A stretch of DNA of 64,000 nt, taken from the NCBI GenBank assembly GCA_028534125.1, contig CM052818.1:25546001-25610000 (forward strand), in the 5' to 3' direction. A model generated the notes under the pieces. It ran no database searches, was not told the origin of the DNA, and was given only the letters and a program-made list of their open reading frames with translations. Source of the DNA: Lama glama. Lineage: Eukaryota. A program made the translations under genes and the position numbers. Positions 28,310 to 41,131 of this stretch are shown here, one piece after another (the stretch's first letter is position 1; the number at the start of each line of letters is the position of its first letter).

Positions 28310-28924
28310 TCAGTAACCTTCTGTTTCCCTAGAACATTTTAAAAATGTACACATATGTCTATCATCCACTTAGTTATTATTTAATCTGTCATTGTATTAC
28401 CCTTTATCTGCATAAAATAACATTTTAATCATTGTCCTTTATATGTATCTCTCTGTGAAGCTCAGCAGGTCAGTGTTTCTGATCTGGGGCACTGGAACAT
28501 CTTGGGGGTCCATGATGATAATAACAGGAGACCTCAAGATACCTTGAATATATCAAAAATCTTAAAGGACAACCAGTTTAGTTAGCCCAGGAAACAGCAC
28601 AAGGAAGTTACGTTAAGAACAAAAATGTGTATTTGAGCAGAACCAAAAACATTCTTGTTTCATCACTTACTAGCTGGGCAAGAAACCTGAGCCTGATTTC
28701 CCTCAATTGTAAAATAGGAATATTAATGGTATCTAATTCATGAGGATGCTATGAGGATTAAATGAGAAAATTGTGTAATGAGTTAAGTTTGCTCAATGAT
28801 AGGAAACGAAAAAGATGATAATGATGATAATTAGCTCTCTGCATGAATCTAATACTATTCATGTGTTCATATATATTAAATACAATCATTTGTTATTTTT
28901 ACTGTATGGTCTACTCATGTATTT

Positions 28925-29173
28925 AAAAATTTTTTCCTTTTTTTATTGAGTTATAGTCAGTTTACAATGTTGTGTCAATTACTGGTATACAGCACAATTT
29001 TTCAGTCATACATGAATAAACATATATTCATTTTCATATTTTTTCACCGTGAGCTACTACAAGATCTTGAATGTATTTCCCTGTGCTATACAGTATAAAC
29101 TTGTTTATCTATTCTACATATACCTGTCAGTGTCTGCAAATCTCAAACTCCCACTCTGTCCCTTCCCACCCCC
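28925..29173 (-). mobile_element. Short L1 3' end in MORN2 intron 3
   Basis: Same family as the 3050-3610 copy; flanking ctactcat(g/a)tat direct repeats. Confidence 0.8.
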
Positions 29174-29270
29174 CTACTCATATATATTTTTGATTAATGC
29201 TGAAATGCCTGGAATCATTCAACTAATAGAGTTACTTATCCACTGTCAGTGTTCAAAATAACTTTAATAC

Positions 29271-29377
29271 CTTGTCATCTTTCCAGCTTCCTGTGTAGAC
29301 AATCCCATTAGGAGTGGTATGAATACCTATTCCATTTCTCTCAAAGACTCCAGAAGATGTTCTTGTACAGTCCCCAT
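29271..29377 (-). CDS. MORN2: MORN2 exon 3 (GDCTRTSSGVFERNGIGIHTTPNGIVYTGSWKDDK)
   Basis: Acceptor ctcttgtttag, donor AAG|gtatta, 107 nt, no stop. Encodes MORN repeat YTGSWKDDK, which continues into MNGFG. Confidence 0.9.
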
Positions 29378-29798
29378 CTAAACAAGAGAGAAATACTGAA
29401 GATTATAGACGGGAGCCCTGTTTGACTAAGTAATAAAGTATTTATGTTCAGGCTTTATCAGAACTGCATCCCTGTGGGTTTCTTTGGCTCTCTAGCACTG
29501 GAAACCACTGGGACCGGAGATGAAGGGCTCCATGGACCTAGAAGGTGTGACCACTGAGACCCAAAGGCCGGGAAGACTGGCATATGGGTATGGCTCTCCC
29601 ATGGGTTTCTAAGGCATACTGTCTACACTTAACATTATCATTTAGATTTTAAATCTATTCATCTATTAGTATTTCTAGGTTATTTTATTTAATGGAGTTA
29701 ATATCTCAGTAGTAGTTTTATAAGTGTGACAGTCTCAGTTTTGTACTCAAGCTATTTAATTTTAGTCTATATAGAAAGTACTTGAAATGTATGCTTAC

Positions 29799-29849
29799 CA
29801 TACTTGTCTCCATTTGGAAATACAAAGTTTATCTTAAATACTTCTGGAG
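29799..29849 (-). CDS. MORN2: MORN2 exon 2 (T-PEVFKINFVFPNGDKY-D)
   Basis: Acceptor ttttaaaacag, donor G|gtaagc, 51 nt, phase 1/1. FPNGDKY is a MORN-type motif in frame with downstream exons. Confidence 0.85.
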
Positions 29850-30059
29850 CTGTTTTAAAAGATTTAAGAAAAGTCACACAAATGTAAATATTTTTGTCAT
29901 AAGACCTATAACAAGTGTGCTTTAAGAGCTAACCAAATAGACTCCCTTCATATGATCACAAGCATATCATGATTACTTGGTATTTCCATAGTCTAGTGTA
30001 GGGTCCTGAGGAAATAAATAATTTTGTCTAGATGATCTATTTTTATGTATTTGTTTATT

Positions 30060-30545
30060 ATAACAGCTTTGTTAATATTTAATTCTCATACCACAAGACT
30101 TACCCTTTAAAAGTATACTCAGAGTTGTGCAACTGTCACCACAATCTAATTTTGGAATATTTTAATCACCCCCCCAAAAGAAATCCTGTAAACATTAGCA
30201 GTTAATCTCCATTACCCTAATTGCCCCCTACCCTCTTCCCCAGCCCCTGGCAACCACCGATCTACTCTCTGTCTCCATATACTGGTGTATTCTGGACATT
30301 TCATAGAAATAGAGTCAAACAATATGTGGTCCTTTGTGATTAGCTTACTTAGCATGTTTTCAGGGTCCAACCATGTTGTAGCATGTATCAATACTTCAAC
30401 ATTTTTATTGCTGAATAGTCCATTGTATAAAAATAACACATTTTGTCTATCCATTCATCAGTTGATGGACAGTTGGGTTGTTTTCAGTTTGGGGTGTCAG
30501 GAATAATGCTGCTGTGAACATTCATGTGTAAGTTTTTATTTCTCT
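30060..30545 (-). mobile_element. L1MB-type 3' end
   Basis: cagagttgtgcaac...cagcccctggcaaccacc...gttgatggaca. Confidence 0.8.
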
Positions 30546-31941
30546 TAGAGTAGCCTATATATGATCTATTGACTGTCTCACAGGTATGGTGGAGTGAGCA
30601 ATCTTTGATTTGACAGTAGGAGGAAATAGAAAATAAAGAGAGTGAGGAGAGGTGGAAGTAGGGAGGGGGATCCAAACAGAATGAGACTGAAATGGAGACC
30701 ACGTGAAAAAGGGAAAAAGAAAACCACAGGACTGGAGAGGTAGGGGTGTGTGTGGAACCTATGCTTCAGAGCCCTGGGACACTTAGTGGACTAAAACATT
30801 AGAAACTTAAGTTTTTCCAATACTGAAGAAAACATATGTGGAGAAGGTAAGTAAACAATAGTCTAATAGAGTGTTACTTGAAGTGTGTCTCATTCATCGG
30901 AAACCTCTGGGATGCCTTACAAGTTCCTAGGCCCTACCTGACACCACTGAATCAGAGTCTCTGTGGGTGGGCCAAGAGAACTGATCTTTTTTAATTTAAA
31001 AATTAATCTGAGTGCCAGTTGAGAAGGCTGGAAGTTCATTGCCTTTGAGGAAACAGTTAATAACACAATAGGCAGAGGACTTTAAAATAAGAGAGAAAAG
31101 GAGGGTATAGCAGCCTTGAGACAGGGACAGATGCTTATGAAAAATAATCAATTAGCAATGTAATTGTTGAAATAAAACTCCTTAGCAGAGCTGAATAGCA
31201 GAATAGATACCATTTAAAAGTAAATCAGTGAACTGGAATACAAGGTTGAAAATTTTTCTCAGAGAGAGGCATAAAGGAAGACAGAGGAATCACCTGCAAA
31301 GCCTTTCTTACCTCCCCTCACCCTCAGACTCTTATAGAAGCCCCCACAACACTCTGGGCCTGTCCCTACTTAGTACTTAGGGCCTTATTAAAACAGAGCT
31401 TTTGTGCCAGAGTCCCCGCTCAGACCCACTCCTCTGGGTCTGGATTAGTCAAATCTCTTCTCACCCTAGTGTCCAGCTCAGTGCTTAGTACCTACTGGTA
31501 GGAACTGAATGTCTAGTGAATGAGTGGCACTTGGGAAGCAATCGTTAAATGTTTACTAAGCAGAGCACTAAACGTGATCAAACCAGAAACCAGCTGTTTT
31601 CAATTGCCCTTAAATGGTTCCACGTTAGAAACTTTGGAATGTTAGATTTACAGGGAGGCAACCTAAGACAGACTGGCCACAGAGAGGAAACCGAAACCAG
31701 AGAGGCTGGCACTTGCCTAAGGTGTCACAACAGCGGATCTGCGGCCGAATGAGAGCTAGAATCCAGGTCTCCAGATTCGCACACTAGGGACATTCCGCGT
31801 CCCCACTGCACTTGCAGTGTAGACGCTGAGGAAATACGTCGCACTGGTATCGGAGTTGCCCGGGGCGGAGCTCCGGCTCAGTGTGAGTTTTACTTAACGG
31901 GGCCCTTCCTGTCCGGGGCTTTGGGAGGACAGGACACTCAC

Positions 31942-31999
31942 TTGACACACAGGTGCTGGAGAGATTTTCTGGTGTCTGTGATTCCCCCTGGGCCGCCAG
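31942..31999 (-). CDS. MORN2: MORN2 exon 1, coding part from putative CUG start (L/M-AAQGESQTPENLSSTCVS)
   Basis: Minus strand reads gcagagCTGGCG (G at -3, G at +4), 19 codons + 1 nt, then donor TCAA|gtgagt. Phase 1 matches the next exon. No in-frame ATG upstream. Confidence 0.72.
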
Positions 32000-32051
32000 C
32001 TCTGCGGCCTGGAGAGAACCAAGCCGTAGCACTCGGCGCCGGTGCGACTCG

Positions 32052-32065
32052 GTTGCTAGGGAGAC
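32052..32065. promoter_or_regulatory. RFX X-box
   Basis: GTTGCTAGGGAGAC (reverse GTCTCC-CT-AGCAAC) just upstream of the MORN2 start. This motif is typical of ciliary/sperm genes. Confidence 0.65.
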
Positions 32066-32079
32066 CAGGCACCTCTCCC

Positions 32080-32119
32080 CCGGAAGCGGAAAGGCAGGGC
32101 CCGAGGTTGAGCCAATCAG
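32080..32119 (+). promoter_or_regulatory. Tandem ETS/GABP sites and NF-Y CCAAT box
   Basis: CCGGAAGCGGAA (32080-32091) and AGCCAATCAG (32110-32119), both common in bidirectional promoters. Confidence 0.65.
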
Positions 32120-32129
32120 AAGGCGCCAG

Positions 32130-32170
32130 GGCTGTGCGGCTGCGGCTGGGCTGCTGCGGAGCCGCTCCAG
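32130..32170 (+). other. DHX57: Probable DHX57 non-coding first exon (5' end approximate)
   Basis: Donor CCAG|gtgagg at 32170/32171 downstream of the CCAAT box. An alternative donor TCG|gtgagc lies at 32215/32216. Confidence 0.45.
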
Positions 32171-33454
32171 GTGAGGTCCGGCTGGGTGGCGGCGACCAGG
32201 CGGGGCGCCTTGTCGGTGAGCTCTGGGTTTTGACAGCCACCCTGGGAAGAAGCGCTGCGAGCCTGGGACGGCCTCCCCTTCCGCGGGCAAGGGACGTATG
32301 TCTGTGTGCGTGGTCTGCGCGTCGCCCAGCTTATCAGCGTGCGGACCCTTCTACCGCCTCCCTCTCCCTGGGTGTGTAGGGTCTGAGGAGCCTCCCGGCC
32401 CAGTGGGATCCAACCTCTCTGGCTAGGGTCGGTGAGTCTGGACCAGCAGGATCCCAGTCTCTGGGACCGAGCCAGGCAAGGGTCGGCAGCTGAGGCTGTT
32501 CACGCTCAGACTGGGGGCGGGGGAGCTGAATTCAGCCTCGGAGCGGGATGAAGTGTTGGATTGGAGGGGCTCAGGCTTCGTTTCCTGTTTCTGTATCCAC
32601 CTCTAATTGGTGGCTTTTTAGGGAGAAGACTGGCTACGATGTATGCTGGAAGAAGGCACTGGGTCTGGGTATCTGCATGGACCTGGATATATGGGGGTCA
32701 ATCAGAGATTTGCCTGGGAGGAGAGTGGTGTTGTAGTCAGTTTTCAGTGCTTTTCCTGGGAGCCAAAGTTGGGTGTGAAACAAAGGATACTCTTCCAGCC
32801 AAACATAGGTCCCTGTGTCCAGGTTAAGCAAAGATAGTTGATATCTTACCAGGCTAAATGAAATAGAATCTATCCATGTGAATTATACAACCTGATCCCT
32901 GTTTACTGGAAAATGCTGGGGGGAGAGTCTTATTGGATAAAGCCCGCAAGTCTTTATTCAAAATTTTGAGAGCAGATCTCAGATCAAGTTGTAAAGATAA
33001 CATTTTGTGGATTGGTGAGACAAGTTGTTGATCGCTCTTTAGGCCAGCTTGCTGTGGCTTGCTCTGGTTGGCTGGACATTCTTCTTTAAGAATCAGAGCA
33101 AAATATCTTCTTGCTTATTTCTAATGTTTCTTACTACACAAACTTATGGGGGCTGGACGGGTTTTGTGATGAAGTTCTGATCTTTCTGTTTGATTTATAT
33201 TCCTTTCTCTTTTCTGATTTTTGGAAATAACAGGTAGTTATTTGATGCACTACTTTACAGAATTGAGTTTATCCCCCCCTTTTTTTGGTCTCCTGTTAAG
33301 CTTTTAATGACCTTACATTGTTGTAAGTATATGTACTACTGTATTTACAGAAGAATTTGAGATATTGGACTTCTTTCTTACAATGTTCTTACCTAGGAGG
33401 ATATGGAGTCAGAGGAAACTTGTAGTGATGGGGTTTTAAATTTGATTGAAAGAG

Positions 33455-33983
33455 TGTACTAGTCATATTTTAAATTTTCTATAGTTTATGATGTTTTGAC
33501 ATCTTGTGGGCCTAGCTGGCCAGGAAGAAACTACCATTCCAGGAGCTAGCTAATTAACAGTTCACAGGTGAACATGCGTTTCATATGCAAACCAACCAGT
33601 CCTATATCTTTACTTCCAACCACCTCCTTTGTCATAAGCCAGTAGTTTCTGCCTGAAATCAACCTCGGGCCAGGTACTGGGCAACTAGGAATAGCCCCTG
33701 TGCCTCAGAGTCTGTGGGAATTACTCAGACTAACCAATCCTAAACTGTTTACCCTGTCCTGCCTCGCCTTTCCTCTGGAAACCCCAAGAAAGACCATGGC
33801 CTATGCCTTCCCCTTGTTCTGTTCTGCCTCCTAACTGACACTGGTGCTTCCCCCTGTGGTCCACCATGGCACGGCATGCATCTTGTTTCTAGGGGAGCTG
33901 TAAGGAACATTAAACTTCTCTTTCAGTGGTATTGATCTCTTTGTCGGCACTCAGTTACCTTTATAAATTAAGATCTGGATACA
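33455..33983 (+). mobile_element. MER74/MER73-like (ERVL) LTR in DHX57 intron 1
   Basis: tgttttgacatctt...tttcatatgcaaaccaacca...gggccaggtac...aaccaatcctaaac. Confidence 0.65.
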
Positions 33984-34449
33984 AATCAAAGGGGGATGGG
34001 GCTGGCTTAACACTAAATTTTGAATTGAAGATATAAAGTACATACTTGACGGGTAAGAGGCAGGTATGGTGGAAAGAATTTCAGCTTTGGAGTCAAATGG
34101 ATTGTTTCAAACTCTGGCTCCAGACTTTGCTTCTATAGTTGGTGATATTAGACACATCTAATTTATCTGTACTCTGGTTTCCTCCTCTATAAAATACAGA
34201 AAATATTTACCTTATAGGAGTTTTAGAGAATTAAGTGAAATAATATTACCTTTTCCCTCAATGTAGACTTGTATATCCAACTACCTTCTACATATCTCCA
34301 CTTGAATATGTAAAAGACATCTCAAAGATACCTGTTTTGAACTTGTGGCACTCCCCGTATCTTTTCCTCCCCAATACTCCCATTCTGATCACATGGCTGA
34401 GCACAGAAACCCTATTCATATAGTTAACCTAGGCCCTAAAATCTTACAT

Positions 34450-35930
34450 TTTAGCTCTATTAACATTTTTTGCTTTAAAGTTTGTTTTGTCTGATTTAGC
34501 ATAGCCGCTCCAGCTTTTTTGTGGTTGCTCTTTGCATAATTTGTCTTTCTGTCCTTTTACTTTTCATTTATTTATATCTTTGAATTTAAAGTGATCATGT
34601 TTTTATACAGTCTGATAATTTGTCTTTTGATTGAATTGTTTAATCATTTCACATTTAATGTTGTTATTGATATAGTGGGATTTACATTTGCCATTCTACT
34701 TTTTGTTGTCTATATGTCTCATGTCTATTTTGTTTCTGTGTTTTTACTGCTTTCTTTTGCATTAAGTCATTAAATGAATGTTTTCTAATGCAGTATTTTA
34801 ATTTTTTAATGATTTTTTTCCCACTATTTTTGAGTTTTGGGTTTGTTTTTTAGTGACTGCTCTAGGATTTATCATATACAGCTTAGCACATCAGAATCAG
34901 CTTCACATTTATACTAGCTCAATTTCGGTAACATACAGAAATGTTACTCTCATATAGTTGTATTCCTTTCCCTTCCATTTTAGGGCATTATTGTTACACA
35001 TATTACATCTGTTAATGTTATAAATGCAAAAATACATTTGTTATAGTTACTATTTCACCATCCGTAGTCAGTTTCTTAGCCCAATACAACTATACTCCCA
35101 CTGACCTGCTTTGTGCTGTTTTTAGCAAATATGTTACATTTGTAAATATTATAGGCCCAATATTACTTCATATACATATTATTTTATACAATTGCTTTTT
35201 AAATTGGTTATGCAAAGAAAGGAAAAAATTATGCATTTACACTTTTTTGGGTAATTATGTAATTACCTTTACTGGTGCTCCTTTTTTGTGGATTCAGATT
35301 ATCATCTAGGGTTACTTTAGCTTGAAGAACTTCCTTTAGTATTTTTATTTGTAAAGCAGATCTGCTGTCAACAAATTTTATCCTCTTATCTGGGAAAGTT
35401 TTAACATCACCTTCATTCTTAAAAGATAGCTTTTCTGAATATAGGATTCTTAGCTGACAGTGTTTTTCTTTGAGTACTTTGAATGTATTATGTCACTGCC
35501 TTCCAGCCTCCATTGTTTCTGCCAGAAAGCCAGCTATTAATCTTATTGGGGTTACACCTGTAAGTGACAAGTTGTTTTTCTCTTTCTGCTTTGAAGAGTT
35601 CTCCTTGTCTTTAACTTTCAACGTTTTCACTGTAATGTGCCTTTGTATTTATCCTACTTGGAGTCTTTTGAGTTTCCTGGATGTGTAGGTTGTTGTCTTT
35701 CAGTTAATTTGAGAGATGTTCTGTCATTATTTCTTTGAATTTCTTTTGCTCTTTTCTCTTTCTTTCCTATCACTCTGGTGCTCCTGTTATGCAGACTGTT
35801 AACTTCCGGCTTAGTTTGAGTGTAGTAGTTTGTCTTATTTTGGGCTTAGTTTGTTCTTTCTAGTTTATTGAAGAGTAAATTTAGGTTGTTTGTATGAGAT
35901 CCTTTCTTTTCCTTAATGTAGTCGTCTCTT
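34450..35930 (-). mobile_element. Old L1M fragment
   Basis: tagccgctccagctttt...ttgaagaacttcctttagtattt...aaagatagcttttctgaatataggattct. Confidence 0.7.
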
Positions 35931-36268
35931 CTCAACCTGAATTTTTTAAACCACACCTAACCAAGTTCAAGTGTAGGATTGAGTTGTAGGCATGTGTATT
36001 TTGAAACTTCTCCTTGTGTTTCTGTTACATATCCTGGTTAAGAAATCTGTCAGAGAAAGTCACTAAATATTAATCATGAGGGGGATGTGCTCGTAAATAC
36101 TTTGTGAAGCAGTTTAACTATGCGTCCCCTAAATTGGCCCTTTTAAAGTAAGCATTTTCTTTTTTTTTCTTTAAAATAGGCTATATCCATAACTTTGACA
36201 AACAAAGGATTATTATACTTGTCTAGTTTTATGATGTCTATATCCCTTTTTTTTTCTTGCAGGTGAAA

Positions 36269-36480
36269 ATGAGTTCTTCAGTGAGAAGAAAAGGCAAGCC
36301 AGGCAAAGGAGGTGGAAAGGGGTCTTCTAGAGGAGGAAGAGGAGGCAGGAGTCATGCTAATAAATCTCACGGGGGTGGCAGTGGTGGCGGTGGTATTGGT
36401 GGCAATAGAAAGGCGTCAAGTAGAATTTGGGATGATGGAGATGATTTTTGTATCTTCAGTGAATCAAGGCGCTCATCCAG
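36269..36480 (+). CDS. DHX57: DHX57 coding exon 1 (ATG; Gly/Arg-rich RGG N-terminus)
   Basis: Acceptor ttcttgcag|GTGAAA ATG; MSSSVRRKGKPGKGGGKGSSRGGRGG...; donor AG|gtaatt. Confidence 0.96.
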
Positions 36481-37719
36481 GTAATTACACGTTTTGAATG
36501 TTCAAATTTGCAAACAGTATCAGTTCCTAATCTGTGGGACAATAGGTGGCTAAGAGAAGGGGGGGGTTGCCAAGTAATTCTGGTCAAATTGATTGCTCCT
36601 CTTGTTTTAAAACCTTCCAGTCCCCTTCTCTGTAACCTTTTATAAAGATATAATGGCAAATAACAGCGAGGGTTGAAATCTGAAATTAACTTTAACTTCT
36701 ATAAGACACTGTGAATTGAACATTATTGTGAATTATTGTAATTAATATTACCAGGAAAGTAAATATTGGAAATGGTGAAAGTGATGACAATTATTTTAAG
36801 TATTTCTTAGGTATTGTAATTTGAAGTTCCCAAAATGGGACTTGACTGTACCCTGTCTGTCTAGTTGATTAATTACCTATTTTCCAACCAGATCAGCCAG
36901 ATCTTCACTGGAGCTTCATGTGATGACCAGTGATAGATGTCATATCCAGGTTTCTCTCATATTCAACTTTTAATTAGTGAAGAAATTCTGATGATCCTAA
37001 TGAAAGTTTAATGAAAGTAACTATTTCAATACTGCAGGTTATGCAGTATAAGTATAAAATTCTTGTGTCTCAAATTGCACTGCAAGCTATTTACTGGAAT
37101 TTTTAGAGATGGAGAGCCTTCTTTAAAGCTATGTATACACACATTCTTTTGTGGGAATAATTCCCACCTAAATATTAATTAGGGAATATAGGTGAGTGCT
37201 AAAGTTAACTGCATCATACATGCTTTTAACTTAAATGAATTCAATTATATGGATTCAGAACAAAGAAAAAGAAGAACAAATAGTATTTAAGTACTTTAAA
37301 ATTGCCACTAAATGAATCTGGGCCTTCCAGTGAGCAGGATATGGAGAGAGGAGTGTACTAGTCCCTCAGGCAATCTCAGTTTTAAGTGCTTTTTCTAGTT
37401 TAAGCCTCTTGATGCACCAAGTGTGTGATACTGATGTTTAAATATATGTTTCTTATATGTGATCTCTACCAAATACTTCATTTGGTGTGCAACCAGAGAA
37501 TCTACACTTTTTTCCATTCTAAATGAAAAATGGTCATTTTGGATATACTAAGAGATCATATATCAGTCTCAAACTTGACACCTTTTTAAGGAATCTTCCA
37601 GAATAATTTAAAACTGTATTTTCACCTTAGCTGCTCACTTAAGAACCTAACTACTGAGTTAGATGCAGTTCTGTTCTTTCTGAAAACATTAACCTTATAG
37701 GTTCTTAGAGTCTTAGATG

Positions 37720-39400
37720 TTCATTCATGCAGCAAATATTTACTCAGTGCCTACTATGCACCAGGTACTGTTTTAAGGACCAGGGTTACAGCAATGAATA
37801 AAATACTGTCCTTGTCTTCATGGAGGCAGATTGGAGCTATTAAGACCATAAGCAAAGGTATAATGATATGTCAGGTGGCAAGTGCTATGGAGAAAAATAA
37901 AGGAGGGTAAAAGAGATAGAAAATACCAAAATAGGTTGATGGTACTTTTAAATGGTTGCTGTTTTCTGTAAAGTGATCGGAGAAGACGTCTCTAATGCTG
38001 TATCATTTGAGCAGGGACAAGAAGGAAGTGGAGGAGTAAGCTGTGAAGCTTTCTGAGGGAAGAGGGAACAGCAAGTGCATGTTCCTAAGGTGGGAGTGTG
38101 CTTGGAGGATGCAGGACATGACAAGGAAGCCATGTGCTAGCGTAGATGGCTAAGAAGAGTTAGGCAGTTGGATTCAAGAGGCTATACTGTGTATCTTATA
38201 GGCCATTAGAAGGAACGACTTTGTTTTGGTTTTGTTTTATTTTTGAAGTTTTAAAAGTCATGTTTATTGAAGTATAATTTGCAATCAGTAAAACTCACCC
38301 CAAAATTTGACAAATGCAGTCACCACAATAATCAGGGTGTACAAAAGTTCTTCAAAACTTGCCCATGCCCTTTGTAACAAACTCTTCCCTGATCCTTAGG
38401 AATCCATTGATCTGTTTTCTGTCGAAGGGGTCAAATTTAATCATTACAATGATTTATTATTTAAAAAGCCCTGCAAGTGCATAGAAGCAAGTTTTTAAAA
38501 GGATACTTTGGAACATATAATCTTTAGAATAGTCAAAAGAATGAGATTTTAAAATAACCTTTGAAAATTAGGCTAGGCTGGAGAAGTAACTGTATGGGTG
38601 CTCTATGAATAAATGCTATTTAGAGCTGTGAGACTGGATGAGACAGGATATGGAGAAGAGGTCTGAACTTTGAGCCCTGGGGCACTCTAGGCTTTAGAGC
38701 TGAGAGAGATTAGGAGGATCAGACACAGTGGATTGAGGAGTTTGCCAGTGAAGTAGGAGGAAAACTAAAAGCATGATTTCTGGAAGTCAAGGAAGAAGGT
38801 GTTTAAAAGGGGAGTATCCAATCAGGTGGGGTTGGATACTTAAAGGAGATATGCAAATTGTATTAAAAATGCTTCTGATAGGTCAAGAGAAATGTGTTCT
38901 GACAATTGTCTGCTGGATTTGGCAATGTGGGTAGCATGGGTAACCTGGACAGGAGCCGTTTGGTTTGGTATAGTTGGTGTGGAGGAAACTGTGAGTGTGT
39001 TTCAGAGAGAAGACGAAGGAAAACGGAAACAAAGACAGTGGTTTAGATAATCCTTTTGAGGAGTTTTGCTATAAAGGGCAGGGGAAGAAGGAGAGAGAGG
39101 ACAAGAGCTTGATGGGGATGTGCAGTCGAATGGAGGATTTTGTTTGTTTGTTTAAGATGGTAGATGTTATATAGCATGTCTGTATGCAGATGGGAATGAT
39201 CAAAGGAGAATGAAGAACTGCTGTTGTGAAGGAGGGGATAAGTGCTGGAATGATTTCCTTGAGGAGATTAAAGAGATTGGGATACAATGTACAAACAGAA
39301 GGACCAACTTTAGGATGAAGAATGGTTCATCCTTAGTAACAGGAAGGAAAGCAAATAAGGCTGTACAAATAAGCGGTGGATGGAATAGGAGCATATGGAA
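37720..39400 (-). mobile_element. L2 LINE fragments with a nested L1 3' piece (~38230-38420)
   Basis: cattcatgcagcaaatatttactcagtgcctactatgcaccagg...tgagactggatgag...tggatttggcaatgtgg. Confidence 0.7.
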
Positions 39401-40975
39401 GTTCTCCCTCCACCCCCTTTTTTTTTTTTTTTTACTAATCATGAGGAAACAATTAGACCAATCTGCATTGTGAGAAAGTGCGTGACCACTTCAAAAAAGC
39501 CAGTGTCAGGAAATAGGTGGGGGAACTATTCTAAATTAAAGGCGTTTGGGGAAAAAAAAAAAGACAACTAAATGTCATTTTTAATTAGGTACTCAGTCAG
39601 AAAATCTGTAGAGGATATGATTGAGACAGTTAGGAACTTTGAATATGGATTACATATTGGATGATATCAATATAAAATACCTTGTGAGTGATAATAGTAT
39701 TGTGGTTATATGGAAGTGTATCTCTGTTCCTAGGAAATAACATGGTCCAGTATTTAAGAGTGAATATGATGTCTGCAGCTTACAATCAGATGGTTCAGCA
39801 GAATGTGTATGAGGGGGCATATACACAGGCATATGTGTGTGTGTGGAGAGAGAAATAAGAGAAGGGCAAAATGTGTGTGCATGCAAGTGTGGCAAATATT
39901 AACAATCGGTGAATCTGGGTAAATGCTGTTCATTTCTTAGATTTGAAATTTTTTGAAACGAAAAGAGAAAATGATGAATTTGGGGTAACATTTCTTTTCA
40001 GAAGTTGAAACTATGTGGTTAGAAACCACAGTCTATTCTATTTTCTCCTTTCCAACTCAGTTTTGCAAGGGTAAATGTGTAGTTTTTTTTCAAGTCTCAA
40101 TATTATGTTGGATTTTAAATATAGAGAAAGTTTCTGCCATTTCCTTGGGTTTGTGAAAATTTATAATAAAACATGTCAAGTGAAAAAAAGAAAAATTCAG
40201 TGAATAAAGTTAAACTTTAGAACTGGTTTTTGTTTTAAATATTAAAAATTATCCCTAAGAAAATCTAAAAATCAATAAAGATTTAAATAAATAAATGACA
40301 TGAAATAAATTCTGGTACCTCGATATCTATATGTAACCATTTAAAAATTATATTGTAGGAAAATATTTAATTTGTGGGAAATGTCAGTTTTATTTTGATA
40401 AGAAAATAAGGTAGATTATAAAAGATTATATATGCTGTACAATTTTATAAAAAGTATTTTGTGAAAAAGAATATGATTTAAGATGACTTTGGTATTCCTC
40501 TTTGTTCTTTACTTTTCTACAATGAACATCTATTATTTTTGTAATCAGGATAGACTAATAATTTAGGTAAATATTTCAGAAATGGGTCCTAATATTCATA
40601 AGATGGGACTCTTGGTTGTTTTCAGATCAAGTACCTCAAATAGGGTGAAATATATACTCTTTGTAGTAGCATATTTCTTCTGAGAGTCCAGTATGTGCAG
40701 AAGGGGTCATCATAGCATTGCTTTCTCCAGAGGATTCTTGAGTAAATGAAGCCGGATTTAATGATTAAGAATCTCATCCGGTTTTTTCCCAGCAGTTCCA
40801 TTATAATGAAGTCTCATAAATACTGTAGAAAATGGAGAATCTCTTCATATTCATTGTCATCTTTTGTAAGATACTTGACAATCTAGTTGTGTTGTACGTA
40901 TTTGGGGATCCTGAGGAGAGTGTAAAACTTCTGATCACAGGTAAATGTGTAATTTTGTTTTTGTGTCCTTTGCAG

Positions 40976-41131
40976 ACCGAGCAACAGTAGTGTGAGAAGA
41001 GACACATGCCCCAAATGGAAGCCTGACGCCAAAGTGCCCCTTCAGACTCTGCACATGACTTCTGAGAATCAAGAAAAAGTGAAAGCTCTTCTCCGAGATC
41101 TGCAGGAACAAGATGCGGATGCTGGATCTGA
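40976..41131 (+). CDS. DHX57: DHX57 coding exon 2 (PSNS...KVPLQTLHMTSENQEKVKALLRDLQEQDADAGSE)
   Basis: ttgcag acceptor, GA|gtaaat donor, 156 nt, phase 2/2. Not in the ORF track. Confidence 0.95.

Larger units (their letters stand above)
31730..32560. promoter_or_regulatory. CpG island / bidirectional promoter of MORN2 (-) and DHX57 (+)
   Basis: Only CpG-dense stretch in the window. Lies between head-to-head genes and contains X-box, ETS, CCAAT and GC boxes. Confidence 0.9.

Noticed and set aside
31921..32379. 152-aa + strand ORF and other overlapping ORFs in the CpG island
   Set aside because: Non-ATG starts, GC-driven stop scarcity and no recognisable domain. Only part of the 31784..32290(-) frame is real, as the MORN2 N-terminus.
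40790..40940. Apparent exon (cccag...CAG|gtaaat) just before DHX57 coding exon 2
   Set aside because: It would leave a 35-nt intron to the next exon and shows no protein similarity
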